The translations under genes and the position numbers were made by a program. Below are positions 26,739 to 39,504 of a stretch of DNA of 64,000 nucleotides, in pieces (position 1 is the stretch's first letter; each line of letters opens with the position of its first letter). Source of the stretch: Octopus bimaculoides (taxonomy: Eukaryota); NCBI RefSeq assembly GCF_001194135.2, contig NC_068991.1, forward strand, positions 5,825,984 to 5,889,983, written 5' to 3'. The notes below the pieces were generated by a model that saw only the letters and a program-made list of their open reading frames with translations, did not search any database and was not told the DNA's origin.

Positions 26739-27747
26739 AACAGACATCACAGAGGATTCGCTGGTTTTACGGGCTTTGACAACATTCATCGGCAAAACAT
26801 AAACTCAATCATACACACAACACATAAAGATTCTTTTATTTGTTTTAGTTATTTGTCTGCAGCCATGCTGGAGCACCACCTTTAGTCAAACAAATCCACC
26901 TCAGGACTTATTCTGTTGGTCTCTTTTGTCGAACCACTAAGTTACAGGGACATAAACACACTAACATCGGCTGTCAAGCGATGGTGGGGGNNNNNNNNNN
27001 NNNNNNNNNNNNNNNNNNNNNNNNNNNNNNNNNNNNNNNNNNNNNNNNNNNNNNATATATATATATATATATATATATACGACAGGCTTCTTTCAGTTTC
27101 CATCTACCAAATCCATTCACAAGGAAGGGCATCCAGCCGTAGAAAACTATGTCAAATCAGACTGGAGTCTAGTGCAGCCTTCCAGCATGCCAGCCCGGTC
27201 AAACCGTCCAGCCCATGCCAGCATAGACAACATCCGCTTTCCATGCTGGCATGGGTTGGACAGTTTGACTGAGGGCTGGCAAGCCAGGTGGCTGCACCAG
27301 ACTCCAATCTGATCTGGCAAGGTTTCTACAGCTGGATGCCCTTTGTAACACCAACCACTCCAAGAGTGTAGTGGGTACTTTTTATGTGCCACCAGCACAG
27401 GAGCCAGTCAGGCAGCACTGGCATCAGCCATGATCAAATGGTGCTTTTTACATGCCACCAGCTTGGATGCCAGTCCAGCGGCACTGGCACTGGCCACGCT
27501 TGAATAGTGTGTATATGTATGTATATATATAGTTAGAATTAACAAAAAAACAAAAGACGAAGACAGGTGTATGAACAACAAACAGGCTTATTAGTTTAAC
27601 ACTCGGGAAGGTGAGAAAGTCTTATGTTTCAAATCTACGCTCTTCAACAGAAAAGAATACAAGAAAATAAACAGAGAGAGAATAAAAAAAGCTTTAGTGG
27701 CTAGCGGTCAATCGTGGCGATATACATACATGTATATATATAATATA

Positions 27748-28093
27748 CAGGGCAATTTAAAAGTCTCCATACATAGGAAAATTTTATTTTTTATTAAGAA
27801 ACAACTTATAGATCCCCTGATCTGACCCCTCTTGATTTCTATCTTTTGGTCATTTGAAAGGCATGGGGTATCGCAAAAAGATAAAAAGACATAAATCATT
27901 TGAAGGAACATATCACCAGATGTGCTATTACGAGTTCACAATGAATGGGGTAAACGTATTGCAATGTGTATTCAAAACAATGGTAATCATATAGAGAGCC
28001 TGTTAAATATTTTTTTTTAAAAACTGTTTTTATAAACTGTTTCTTATAAAAAAAATAATTGTTCCTATGTATGGCAACTTTTGAATCACCCTG
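27748..28093 (+). mobile_element. Non-autonomous Tc1/mariner-superfamily element
   Basis: About 30-bp TIRs CAGGG..AT.TAAAAGT..CCATACATAGG flanked by TA; interior encodes SPDLTPLDFYLLGHLKG, a transposase C-terminus. Confidence 0.85.
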
Positions 28094-28873
28094 TATATTT
28101 GTCAATCTTTGGCCACTCTGATTTGATTAAATACAGACGTTTGGAGATGTACTTGTCTGGCAAGTGGCCTGATCTGGGACAGTTTGTTGAAAGTAAAGCA
28201 ATTTGAGCAGAGAATTCACACATAAACCATTCAAAAACACACAAAGACTGAACTTCACTTAAACATTTACTAACGAGTATCAAAATATTCATGGCACCAA
28301 CTGTGACCTGGTTGTAGTTCCAATGCGTCTCATTTCATAGAATAATAACAGGACATCACAAACGGACATCACATGAAATATGAAAACAAATAAGTTGAAT
28401 ATGCAAACGAGAAAAACAAATGGAAAACAGGACAAGTAACATAAAGAACGACCCTTCATCAGTTGTTGGCTGCCTATTTACTCTTTGCCCTGTTTATGAC
28501 ATCCTGTACCCATATATATATGTATGTGTGTGTATATATATATATATATAATTATATATATATATATGGAGAGATTCCATACAGTCTCCGTTTACCAAAT
28601 ACATTCACAAGGCGTTGGTGAGTCCAGAAATATAGTAGGAGTCACTTGCCGCCCATGGTGCTGCACAGCGGGTTTGAACCAGAAACCATGGGTTGCAATG
28701 CGAGCTGCTAAATCACACAGTTCTCCTCTCGAATGTGACACAAGTGATTAAGTGTGAATCAAGACAAAATCACTTTCATGCTGGCAGACGATGGCAATGT
28801 TTTCGCAAAGAAACATTTAAATTTTGAGAAAAGACCCCAACATAATTTTTTTTTTTTTTTTTGTTATAAATAT

Positions 28874-29124
28874 TAGACATGGTGGAAAAGTAATTTCCTA
28901 CCATGTCTTATGATAATGAGAAAATCATAAAAATGAAGAATTTCTATTAAAAAAACTTCATTTTTGTATTATGATTATTCATGTCCCAAATTTAACGTGA
29001 GGTAAACTGGGACAAAAATATACGTAATACAGAAATGAATATTTTTTTAAACAGAAATTCTTAATTTTCATGACTTTCTCATTATTATAAGACATGGTAG
29101 GAAATTAATTTTCCACCACGTCTA
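28874..29124. repeat. Fold-back element/MITE with long imperfect TIRs
   Basis: TAGACATGGTGGAAAAGTAATTTCCTACCATGTCTTAT... is reverse-complemented at 29050-29124. Confidence 0.85.
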
Positions 29125-30356
29125 TTTTTTTTTTTATTCAATTTTATGGGGTGGGGTAAAAAAAGGAAATATTTCCAGTCTTTGATAAACAATATGTTGA
29201 AACGTAAAGAAATAATAGAGATATTGTACATGTATTCACCTATTCATATTTTCTTCCTTTATCTCCATTTATTTTGTTAAATTTTGACCTGCTGGGTAAT
29301 AACGAAGAAGCTTCTACAAAGGTTTGTATTCATAAATGCGAGAAAATCATTACAAGACATTTATGCATATTTTCAAGAACTTCAAGGAAGTACAAAGTGA
29401 AAATGAACCTGGGGGGCACAGGTTCGTAAATTGACAAAATACCTGCAGTGTTGAGTTAGGTACTCTGTGTTTAGAGTTCAAATCTTATCGAGATCAGGTG
29501 TCTTTTTTGTTATTGGGAAATCGATGAGAATATAGTTTTATCGCAAAAAAACCACCCCAGGAAAATGTTTTCGATCAAGATGTAAGGGAAGATAACTCTT
29601 ATTACAGTAAATAATAGACATGACATCCGAGATGGAATTGGAAATTCTTACTCCTATTCTTTAACTCAACCTACACACACACACATTCACATTTTTACAC
29701 GAGGTAACGAGAAGGATTTCACAAGGTTACACGACATGCTAGGAATAGCAGCCTAATTTTCTTGGGGGAAAAAAATGAATAATATGCGAAGGGCGGACNN
29801 NNNNNNNNNNNNNNNNNNNNNNNNNNNNNNNNNNNNNNNNNNNNNNNNNNNNNNNNNNNNNNNNNNNNNNNNNNNNNNNNNNNNNNNNNNNNNNNNNNNN
29901 NNNNNNNNNNNNNNNNNNNNNNNNNNNNNNNNNNNNNNNNNNNNNNNNNNNNNNNNNNNNNNNNNNNNNNNNNNNNNNNNNNNNNNNNNNNNNNNNNNNN
30001 NNNNNNNNNNNNNNNNNNNNNNNNNNNNNNNNNNNNNNNNNNNNNNNNNNNNNNNNNNNNNNNNNNNNNNNNNNNNNNNNNNNNNNNNNNNNNNNNNNNN
30101 NNNNNNNNNNNNNNNNNNTCCTCTTCTATGAGGCACGGGACTTCGTTTGACGGGGAAACAGCTATTCCAAAACTCCGCCGCAAAAAAATTGGGGGCGTGG
30201 GTCATGGTTGGATCGCTTTTGACCGTAAGTTTGTTGGACGAGGACTGAGTCTGGGATAATCTAGAGCTAAAAAAACACACACACTTTAGAAATAACGAAA
30301 TAAAATACATTAAATTAAGAGAGTACTGTAGTTCGCTTGAAGCATTGTGTATTGTT

Positions 30357-30651
30357 TGTAAAGAATAAAAAGTTTAGAATGGTACAACAATGCACTATAA
30401 AACAAAAAATTGACTATATACCTGTTGTAATTTAGTTATCTATAGTCCGATGATATTTCGGAATTACAAGATCTTCTTAGATGGAGTCTCTGCTATAGTA
30501 CCGTTTATAACAGGAACTCCAAGAAGATCTGAAGGAATTGTAATTCCGAAATATCATCGGACTATAGATAACTAAATTTCAACAGGTATATAGTCCATTT
30601 TCTTGTTCTATAGTGCATTGTTGTACCATTCTAAACTTTTTATTCTTTACA
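30357..30651. repeat. 295-bp near-perfect palindrome
   Basis: Arms of about 115-135 bp (TGTAAAGAATAAAAAGTTTAGAATGG... / ...CCATTCTAAACTTTTTATTCTTTACA). Confidence 0.92.
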
Positions 30652-30850
30652 TTAAATTAAATTATAACGCTAATCACGGAAGCATCCGAAAGGAAACGAC
30701 GCTTTCGCGTAGCCATGTGTGCGTATTTATATATTTCTGTTTACATAAAGGTCATGCAAGAAACACCGACTGACGATTTTTAATTCAATAAACAAAAGCC
30801 AAACTACATATATATACACATGTGTAAAAACATAAAATGTGTAAGCTTAC

Positions 30851-30913
30851 ATTGGTTTTTAAATTTGGATTAAGATAATGATATTTGTCGCTGATGCGAG
30901 GATGTCCAGCCAT
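30851..30913 (-). CDS. Candidate first coding exon of ERH (MAGHPRISDKYHYLNPNLKTN)
   Basis: AAGATGG start context, in-frame TGA 10 codons upstream, phase-0 donor |GTAAGC at 30850 compatible with the phase-0 start of exon 26392. Pyrimidine-rich acceptor (TCTCCATGTTGACAG|) at 30980 and a CpG-rich setting. No transcript evidence. Confidence 0.45.
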
Positions 30914-31695
30914 CTTCCACCGGGATGGGTGGTTGTCGGCTCACCTGCTAATTCTTTGAATTATCACACTATGTTCCTACTGTCAACATGGAGATAAAAT
31001 GGAAATAGAATTTGATATGATTGAGATAGATCGTGTGCTGCTGCTTGCTAGGAGCTAGGAGCGATAAGAACAACCATCCATCAAGTCGATGTTTAAGAAC
31101 GACATAAATAAACAGTGACGGAAAAACAACGGGAAAAACAGAAACGTGGAAATCTCGTTGATTCGAGAGAGAAAGACAAAAATAAACATTATTTTTTAAA
31201 TGTGTAAAATTTCGATGCGAAATATTTTTGTTTTAGATTGGATTTTTGTTATGTATTTCTTTCTTCTTTTATTTATTTCTAAATTAGATTAATATTTATA
31301 GTTTTTTTTTTCTCTGCGTAGCGAGATTTTATATTTCCGTCCTATCGAAGAAGTTCCGATGTTATCAGACCTGATAGAAATAGCAGTCTAATCTCCCTCA
31401 AATCCAGGAGTGCCAATTTATTTTCGACTAGGACTACCTATTTTCAGAATAGTCTAGTTCCTAAACTAGTACTTCTTACAGATAGCTTGGAATTTAACGT
31501 TATTTTCAAGATATAGTAGCGGGTTTTAGTGGAGGTTTTTTTTTTAATATGATAATTTTATATTTGAAAATACAAATGCAATTATAATAAAATGTGAAGA
31601 AATATTTCGATGATAGTCTAGGTTTGCACACACGTCACAGTTTCGCTCCTAGAGTATTTCGCTTTTCACCAAAGCGACTCCGCATTTTTGCTTAC

Positions 31696-31790
31696 CTTGT
31701 CAACCTGTAGTACCGTGTACGTGGCTTCTCATAGCAGCCAAAACTCTCTCGGTAAATAGTAGACATGCAATCAAGTAACCAACTCATGCC
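31696..31790 (-). other. Candidate non-coding 5' exon of ERH
   Basis: Strong minus-strand donor CAAG|GTAAGC at 31695 in CpG-retaining sequence; the 5' boundary is a guess. Confidence 0.3.
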
Positions 31791-32840
31791 TTGGTTGGGG
31801 AGGGAAAGATTCTTTCGTTTTAAGTACATGTATCTGCGTGAAATAAAAATAATCGGATGGGGAGAGATACAAAATTGAACTTGGATATTCTGATTAAGCG
31901 GAACGAATACGTAAATGCTTATGTGTCACTTATTGGTAGTTAATTTAATATTTTCTCAAGTTAGATATTTTCTAGTTCATTTTTATAACTTCCTTGGAAT
32001 ATTTTGTCATTATTATTATTGTTTCGGGGTTGTTTTATTGGTAATCCTTCCGATTAACGATTGTTTTATTACAGAACCGATTTGTAACGTGTTTATATAA
32101 GTGTAGCAGTGTGACTATTATTTTGCGTAGTTCTTTCGAAGTTATTTTAATAGCTTCGTCATTAAAGTTAAAATGAAAGTGTTTCCATTTAAAAAGTTAA
32201 ATCTTTTAATAAATACAAATAAAAAATTAAATACTGACGGGTTATTAAACAGATTACTTAGTAAGTGACTTCAAAGTATTTACATATTCGTTTTGGTTAA
32301 TCGGGATATCCAGATCTATTTTTGTGTTTTCCCGAACTGTTTTGGTATTCCGCAGACACACGCAGACACATGCATTTTTTGAGTACTTTTTGGTTATCTC
32401 ACTCCCTTTAAAAAATTACCTTTAAAAATTTGGGCTATCTCCCCACTGAGTTGATTTTATGTGGTGACAAAAGTTTGAATTAAAAGAGATACTTTTGATT
32501 CAATACTTCAGCACATTGTTGTCTTTTGCCCCCCACCCCACCCCAATAGGAATGATATGATTTGTTATAAAAATGTTATTAGATTCGATAAGATGTTTAA
32601 TTTTTCAGTTTTCATGTTTATTGTTTTTTTTCAGTTTTGCATGATTTGTTATAAAAATATTCTTTTCTACTCTAGGCACAAGGCCCGAAATTTGGGGGGA
32701 GGAGGCATGTCGATTAGATCGACCTCAGTATGCAACTGGTACTTTATCAACCCCGAAAGGATGAAAGGTAAAGTTGACTTCGGCGGAATTTGAACCCAGA
32801 ACGTAGTGACAGGCGAAATACTGCTTAGCATTTCGCAAAT

Positions 32841-34330
32841 TTTTTTTTTTTTTTTTCCCCACAAGGGGACAACAAAGAGGGGACAGTACAATCTGATATG
32901 GGGTCAGATTTCACGTATGAATTAACAAAAAGATGAATTAAAAAATTTTACATAAATATGAATAGTTCGAATGATGACATATACAAGACAACATTACAGA
33001 ATGATGTGGGGAGGCGGGATATGCTCGGACCCCACGAGCCCCGTCTCACCACTGATGCTTTGGGTTCGTCCTGCGTTGTATTCATGCGGTTCCACCCATA
33101 CGCAACATTCGTGCGACATTCTTCCATCGATGTTGGAACATTTTCTCTAACCCTATTTTCCTCCTTAGGTGGAAGGTGAAGAAATTCACCAAGCCAGGGC
33201 CAGATATAAAAATGCCTGTTATTAACCCTTTCGGCCCGAATGTACGTTGGAACAGACTGGCTGGCTGGCTATCATCGAGACCCAGGGCCTCCCCCAAGGT
33301 AACATCACATTTCGCCTCTACCAACCCTCTATAGAAGAATGTGGTAGAACCACTACCGCAGGCGTTGCCCGAGAGATGGAATATCCGGAGAACCTTACGA
33401 CACTCCGTAAACTTCGATCTACGATAGAACCAGGTATCCAGTCTACCGAACTAGTGAACTTGGGAAACATCTGTTTCGCCAGCGGAGACCACACCCGATC
33501 ACCATCAAGATGGAGCCACAAATGCCTCAACCTCAGCGCATCATCAGCCAAGGCATCCCTAGCCCACCCTTTAACGGTTGTTGGCAGCAAATAGATCGTC
33601 TCACAAGCAGATTCGAGCCCTTCCACAAGAAGCAGAAGAGCTGTCTTTCCAGCTTGCTCGACCACGAATCAGGGCAGAGAAGGACGGTTAGGCGGTAGGT
33701 GATGACCGATGCGATGAACACATTGGCCACCTCCGCTCACCCTTTCAGGGATAGCCACCACCAAGATCAGGTCTTGGCTATGTGGGCTACCCTGCTCGCT
33801 ACCTCAGCCCAGTTCTTCTCTATTTGGAGGCCTGGTCCAAACCAGACTCCTAGCAACTTAATCGGGCCCTCCGTCCAACGTCCCACGACGCTGTCAGGTG
33901 GCATTGACTTGCCTCTCCAGGTGCCGAGCTGTAAGCCGACTGACCTTTCACGATTAACCTTTGCTCCTGCCACCGTCTCGTATTCCTCAATGGCCTTGCC
34001 TACCCTCTGTAGGTGATCCATTTCGGTTACGATGATGGTGATGCCGTCCGCGTACGCTGAAACCGACTCTCCACAACTTGGTTGTCTCGGGATATCGCTC
34101 AATTTTCGCCGCAATGGCTCAAGAGCGATTACATATAAAAGCGGGTTTCCGTAGCAACAATGACATCCAAATTGCGCCAAGTGATGTCATTAAGGAAGCG
34201 ACCTTGCTTCCAGCTTGACCCCAGGCCACGCACATTCAAACAACCATCTATCTACAAGCTATCTACTTACCTTGGCATCGGTGGCTTTCGGCCTTGTCCT
34301 TTTCCTTTACCCGGGCTCGTGAGGTGGTTT
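32841..34330 (-). mobile_element. Tx1/L1-clade non-LTR retrotransposon, internally deleted, with poly(A) tail
   Basis: Endonuclease N-terminus GCLNVRGL...LDVIVATETR (about 34250-34142), RT motifs PLLYVIALEPL, AYADG, KLLGVWF and KGGLGMP; ORF2 end at 33082; T16 run at 32841-32856. Confidence 0.9.
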
Positions 34331-34980
34331 GACATAGGTCCTCGTACATGGACTTACTGAAGTCCAACCTCGGTGGGGCTTATGATTTTAATATTGCCAG
34401 GTTCATATCGTCTATTTGTATTATAAAAATTCCTTCTGGAATGTTCTTTGAAGATTTCTGCTGTAGGAATATTTTTAATTCTAGCTGTCAATTGTTCCTT
34501 CGTGGCATTTATTGCCACTAATAGTAACNNNNNNNNNNNNNNNNNNNNNNNNNNNNNNNNNNNNNNNNNNNNNNNNNNNNNNNNNNNNNNNNNNNNNNNN
34601 NNNNNNNNNNNNNNNNNNNNNNNNNNNNNNNNNNNNNNNNNNNNNNNNNNNNNNNNNNNNNNNNNNNNNNNNNNNNNNNNNNNNNNNNNNNNNNNNNNNN
34701 NNNNNNNNNNNNNNNNNNNNNNNNNNNNNNNNNNNNNNNNNNNNNNNNNNNNNNNNNNNNNNNNNNNNNNNNNNNNNNNNNNNTATATACACACACGACG
34801 GGCTTCTTTCCGTTTCCGTCTACCAAATCCACTCACAAAGGCTTTGGTCGGCCCGAAGCTATAGGTGGGACTGAACCCGGAGCCATGTGATTGGGAAGCA
34901 AGACTCTTACCACACAGCCAAGCCTGCGCCATATGCAAAAATAATTCAAATCGTGTTAATTCCTAGCTGAAAACTCAGCT

Positions 34981-35015
<35 letters not shown>

Positions 35016-38000
35016 TCGACTTTGCCTTTCATCCTTTCGGAGTCGATAAATTAAGTACCAGTTGCGTACTAGGGTCGATCTAATCGAGTGGCCCCCTCCC
35101 CCAAAACTTCGGGCCTTGTGCCTAGAGTAGAAAAGACATCTTGGGCAACATCTTCTGCTTTACCTCCGAGTCAGCCGATGCCTTGAGAGTGGATTGATTT
35201 GGTAGATGGAAACTGTGTGAAACCCGTTGTATTTATATTTGCGTGTGTGTCTGTGTTTGCACGCAAGCACACACACACACGTGCGCGCACACAGAGTGCT
35301 GAACAACTTGTGTCTGTTTGTTTACATCTCTATAAACTAGCGGTTCGACAAAAATGACTGATAGAATACGTACATGGGACAAAAATTAAGTAGCGAGGTC
35401 GATGTGTTCGACGAGAGCCTTTCAAGGCGGTGCTCTAGCATGGCCGTACTCCAACGACTGAAGCAAGTAAAAGAAAAACGACAAAAGATATTTTTTTCTT
35501 CTTCTTCTTCTTCCTATTTCGTTTCCCATAAAGTACGAGAGATAATTCCGGTCATATTTAAATTTTATTTTGACGCCATGAGTCTACTTTAATTTTGCCG
35601 AAACTGTTATGGATGGAGGTTCGGAATTATTTAAGCTCTAAATAAACGGTTGTATTTACATTTCCGCAAAAATATATGATAAACTCGAGTTAAGTATATG
35701 TCAACATTGTTTAGAGCCATAAACGGGGTGAAAAAGAATATAATAAATAAAACAATTAGTTGATAAGGCGAATATTATTATTATTATTTTTTTCAATATA
35801 TTTTGTTCTCGGCATCTACAAAATATTCCTTTCTCTGTGCGCAAGACTTTATAGTTTTAGGAAAGCTTTTTGAGGAAAAACATATTCTAGAAATACTTAT
35901 TTATGTATTTATTTAATGTTGATATTATTTGACAGCTTAAGCAGAAGATATTTTAACAACCAGATATGAATTTTTTAAAATCGTTTTGCTATAAAATTAA
36001 AGCTAACTATAATACATATATTTTAATGTTTGAAATATAATTATATTGTTATTTAAAACATTACACTGAAATTTTAACATTAGAAGGAAAGCAATTCCAA
36101 AACAGAAAAACCTGAATTTATTTTTTTATTTATTTAAAAAATATTTTTTTTATTTTTTGCAAACGTTTACAACAGCAAAATATAACGTTGGAACATAATA
36201 TTAAAACGTGAAAACCGTTCCATACAAACATAGAATTAAAAAGAAAACATTCACGTTCGTTTAAAAACCTGACAAGTTTGCAAATTTCTCTTTATATCTC
36301 ATGGTTTATAATTTCAAGCATGAAATAAAATTATATAAATCTATTCGTTCAATGTATAAACAAAAATTTCGAGTTTTCTTATGACAAAAGAGTTTTCTTT
36401 ATCTATTTTTTTTTCAACAGCTTTTTTTCTTGTTTACAATCAAATATAAAACAAGCAATATGAGAAAAAATACAAATATTTAAAACAGTTAAATTGATTT
36501 TTTTAAATGTTTACTGCAAACCATGTGAATTACATTTTCATGGCACACACGCATTCTCACACACAAATACGTATGTATATGAATATATGAATGCCTGTGT
36601 ATGTATGTGGGGTGTACACATACACACGCACGTGTTGATTTTTAGAGAATGGAAGAAGTAGTATTCTGTTCTCTGTATAGATATAATAGCATATATATCA
36701 ATCTGTAGCGAACAACTACAGAATTCCTTACCTAAGATTTGAAAGCGAATCCATGTTTTCCACATTGTTCTCGGCCTATTGTTTTAACCTTTCAGCACCG
36801 AGGTTAATAAGAATGAATTGGTCTCTTGGTCCTTTTTCAAGACATTCATCAGTCAAACCTGATATAGTGAAAAATCCGAATGTTTTCTGTTAACCTAATT
36901 AAATTACGAAGACTATAAATATGCAAGCAAATATCAGTTGATCTCCTTTGGTAATTCGGCATCTGCCAATAAGCTTGGCTATCTTCTCGTCTCAGGTATG
37001 CCCTATCTTGACCCTGAAAACACATCAATACTCAATCTGTCTGCATACTTTACTTTTACTGTCTTTATCCCAAACTGTCACAGAGAAGAACTTACTCGGG
37101 ATTTCTACAAGTTGTGTACACACAAACAACTCGACAAAGTTGTATATTTCTTATGCATTGTAACGACTGATATTATAATCAACTTAATAAACGGCCACTT
37201 GATAATTATTTAATATTGTTCCTCATTCATTTCTCCTGATGCATCTTCACACTAACATTACGTCGTTATACACACACACATGTAAACACCATTATATATG
37301 TGTGTGTGTGTGTGTGTGATGCACGAGCACATGCGCACTTGAAAAGTTAACGATATCACCCACCTGATAGCAAACAGGATTCGTGGGGATCGGTTAGTGT
37401 GTGCATATGTGCTGCAAAACCGGAATGAAGTCCAGGCAGGGATTAACTTTTTAATTACATGAGATATATATTCAATTCTTTTTATTATATACTTTCTACA
37501 TGAAATAACTTCGAATACAAATTTTTTTATCTGTTCTATAAAACAAAATATACAAATATACGAAGTTTGAAAGTGTTTCGGTATCAAAAACACTACATAA
37601 AACATAAATGAAAAATGTTGCCCGTCAAACCAAAAAGATCCAAGAAAGTTTAAAGACGTTTGAGACATATTCGAAAGCCATTCACTGCATTTTGTCACAG
37701 AAAAAAAAATTTTTCGCGGTAAACACACCAGGTCAGTTCGGAGCGCCCGCATGCATTTCGGAGCAGTTATCTCCTCTTCGGCAATGAACGCTGGGAAGAG
37801 AGGCAACTCTGAACTGACTACAAGAGACCAGGTCTCTCTCATTAGATTCCAGTCAAAATACTGTCACCGGTTCCGCTAATCGGTGGGCCACCGTAGTGGA
37901 ATATGGATTAGAATCGCTAAACACTGATTTACACAAATATAAACTTGTTACTAATTCAGAGACGGTTCTTTTATTTCTTTCACTTGTTTCAGTCATTTAA

Positions 38001-38261
38001 CTGAGGCCATGCTGGAGCACTGCCTTTTAGTCAAAGAAATCGACCCCAGGGCTTATTCTTTGTAAACCTGGTACTTATTCTATCGGTTTCTTCTGCCGAA
38101 CCGTTAAGTTACAGGGACGTAAACACATCAACATCGGTTGTCAAGCGATGGTGAGGGAGGGACAAACACAGACACAAAGACATGCACATAAGAAGTGGCT
38201 GTGTGGTAAGTAGCTTGCTTACCAACCACATGGTTACGGGTTCAGTCCCACTGCGTGTCAC

Positions 38262-38850
38262 AGATCGCATGCAACACAACAAAGTCTGGTTGATGAAGGT
38301 GTTATCGTATTGAAAGATTGGTCAGTTCGTAGCACTGACTTAAATATCATCGAACAAATGTGGACAGAGCTAAAGAGAAGAATTCTTCAGAAGAATCCCT
38401 GCAATCTTGAAGAGTTGTGGGAACTCAGCCTCAGAGAATGGCATCTCATGGTGAAGGATTTGTACGCATCTCTTCCCCGGCACATTGAAGCAATTATTCA
38501 AGCTAAGGGAAGCCACACAAAATATTAACAATGTACAGTAACTTCTTGAAATGAACATTATGTAATAAATTTTCATTATAGACATTTTCCTGTTTTAAAA
38601 CACTACATCATGATTCGTTTTATGTGAGGTGGCCAAAAACCTTTGCACAGCCATTTTTAGTGGTCGTCTCGCATCTGCCCCTCTCATTCAGAACCCCTAC
38701 GACAAAATATAATGATTAAGTATGGAAATGACTCCAACAGGGCCAACGTTTCATCTGTAAAAAACGCAATGCGAAACATCTACTTTTCAGTTGGCTATTA
38801 ATAGAAATTTACAATAGTTTAAAGTGGCCAAAGACCTTTGCACAGTGCTG
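38262..38850 (+). mobile_element. Tc1-like transposon 3' end with IR/DR-type terminus
   Basis: WSVRSTDLNIIEQMWTELKR...LPRHIEAIIQAKGSHTKY*; 22-bp direct repeats GTGGCCAAARACCTTTGCACAG at 38629 and 38824, ending CTG followed by TA. Confidence 0.88.
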
Positions 38851-39391
38851 TATGTGTATGTGTGTATACACATGCATATGTTTACATGTACATGGGTATG
38901 TGTGCGCACGCGCGTTATTGGATGTGTTTAATGAAGTGTACACTCACTCTATTTATTGTATTGAGTACTTAGTTAAATGTAGTTTATACCAACCTCTTGG
39001 CTTGTAGCACCCTATCTGTTTATATTTCTGTCTACCTGTCTGTCTGTTTGTCTATACGTGTATGTGACTTTCTATATCAATTTATATATTGGGAAGATAG
39101 ATAAGATTTTGATATGTATCAAATAACATTGAACTGTGTGAATATCTCTGAAAACAAAGTTAGAGAACAACACCTGCTTTGTGTTCTTCTTTGTCTTTCA
39201 GCTCTTTGTGGAACACGGGCCATTGATATACACCTCCCAAGTCCTACTGGTATGTTGAATCCTTTCTTTTCCTATCAGTTCTTTGATTGCCTTGTTCATC
39301 TGGAAGGAGTTCGACGAGAGAATGTCTTATTCAGTGGCGGCTCGTGTATAGGAACAGCAGAACTGCAGCACCCCCTATTTCCACTCGATAT

Positions 39392-39504
39392 TATCGATAA
39401 CAGGCTGGTCCTACACTCCCGCTCACGTGATCCTGCCTCCCATCGCTCCTTGTCTTCTGGTAAGGACCGTCAGCTGTTGACGTTACCGACCCTATACTTC
39501 CGGT
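39392..39504. promoter_or_regulatory. Housekeeping-type promoter motif cluster between ERH and ZIP9
   Basis: TATCGATA (DRE-like) 39392-39399, TCACGTGA E-box 39423-39430, ACTTCCGGT ETS motif 39496-39504, plus-strand donor CTG|GTAAGG at 39460, high CpG density. Confidence 0.4.

Noticed and set aside
28137-28206. Exon-like RLEMYLSGKWPDLGQFVESKAI
   Set aside because: No convincing donor or partner exon, and it lies antisense within an ERH intron.
30128-30224. Plus-strand ORF MRHGTSFDGETAIPKLRRKKIGGVGHGWIAFD with GTAAGT donor
   Set aside because: No recognisable homology and no phase-compatible downstream exon found; the adjacent gap prevents assessment.
30902-30997. Plus-strand MSSHLPPGW...STWR resembling a WW domain
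   Set aside because: It lacks the YY/F-x-N-H core and terminal proline, is only 31 aa, and overlaps the better-supported minus-strand exon candidate.
37258-37842. 194-aa minus-strand ORF
   Set aside because: Composition follows AT-rich and (CA)n sequence, with no domain motif or homology I recognise; probably a chance ORF over a CpG-rich patch.
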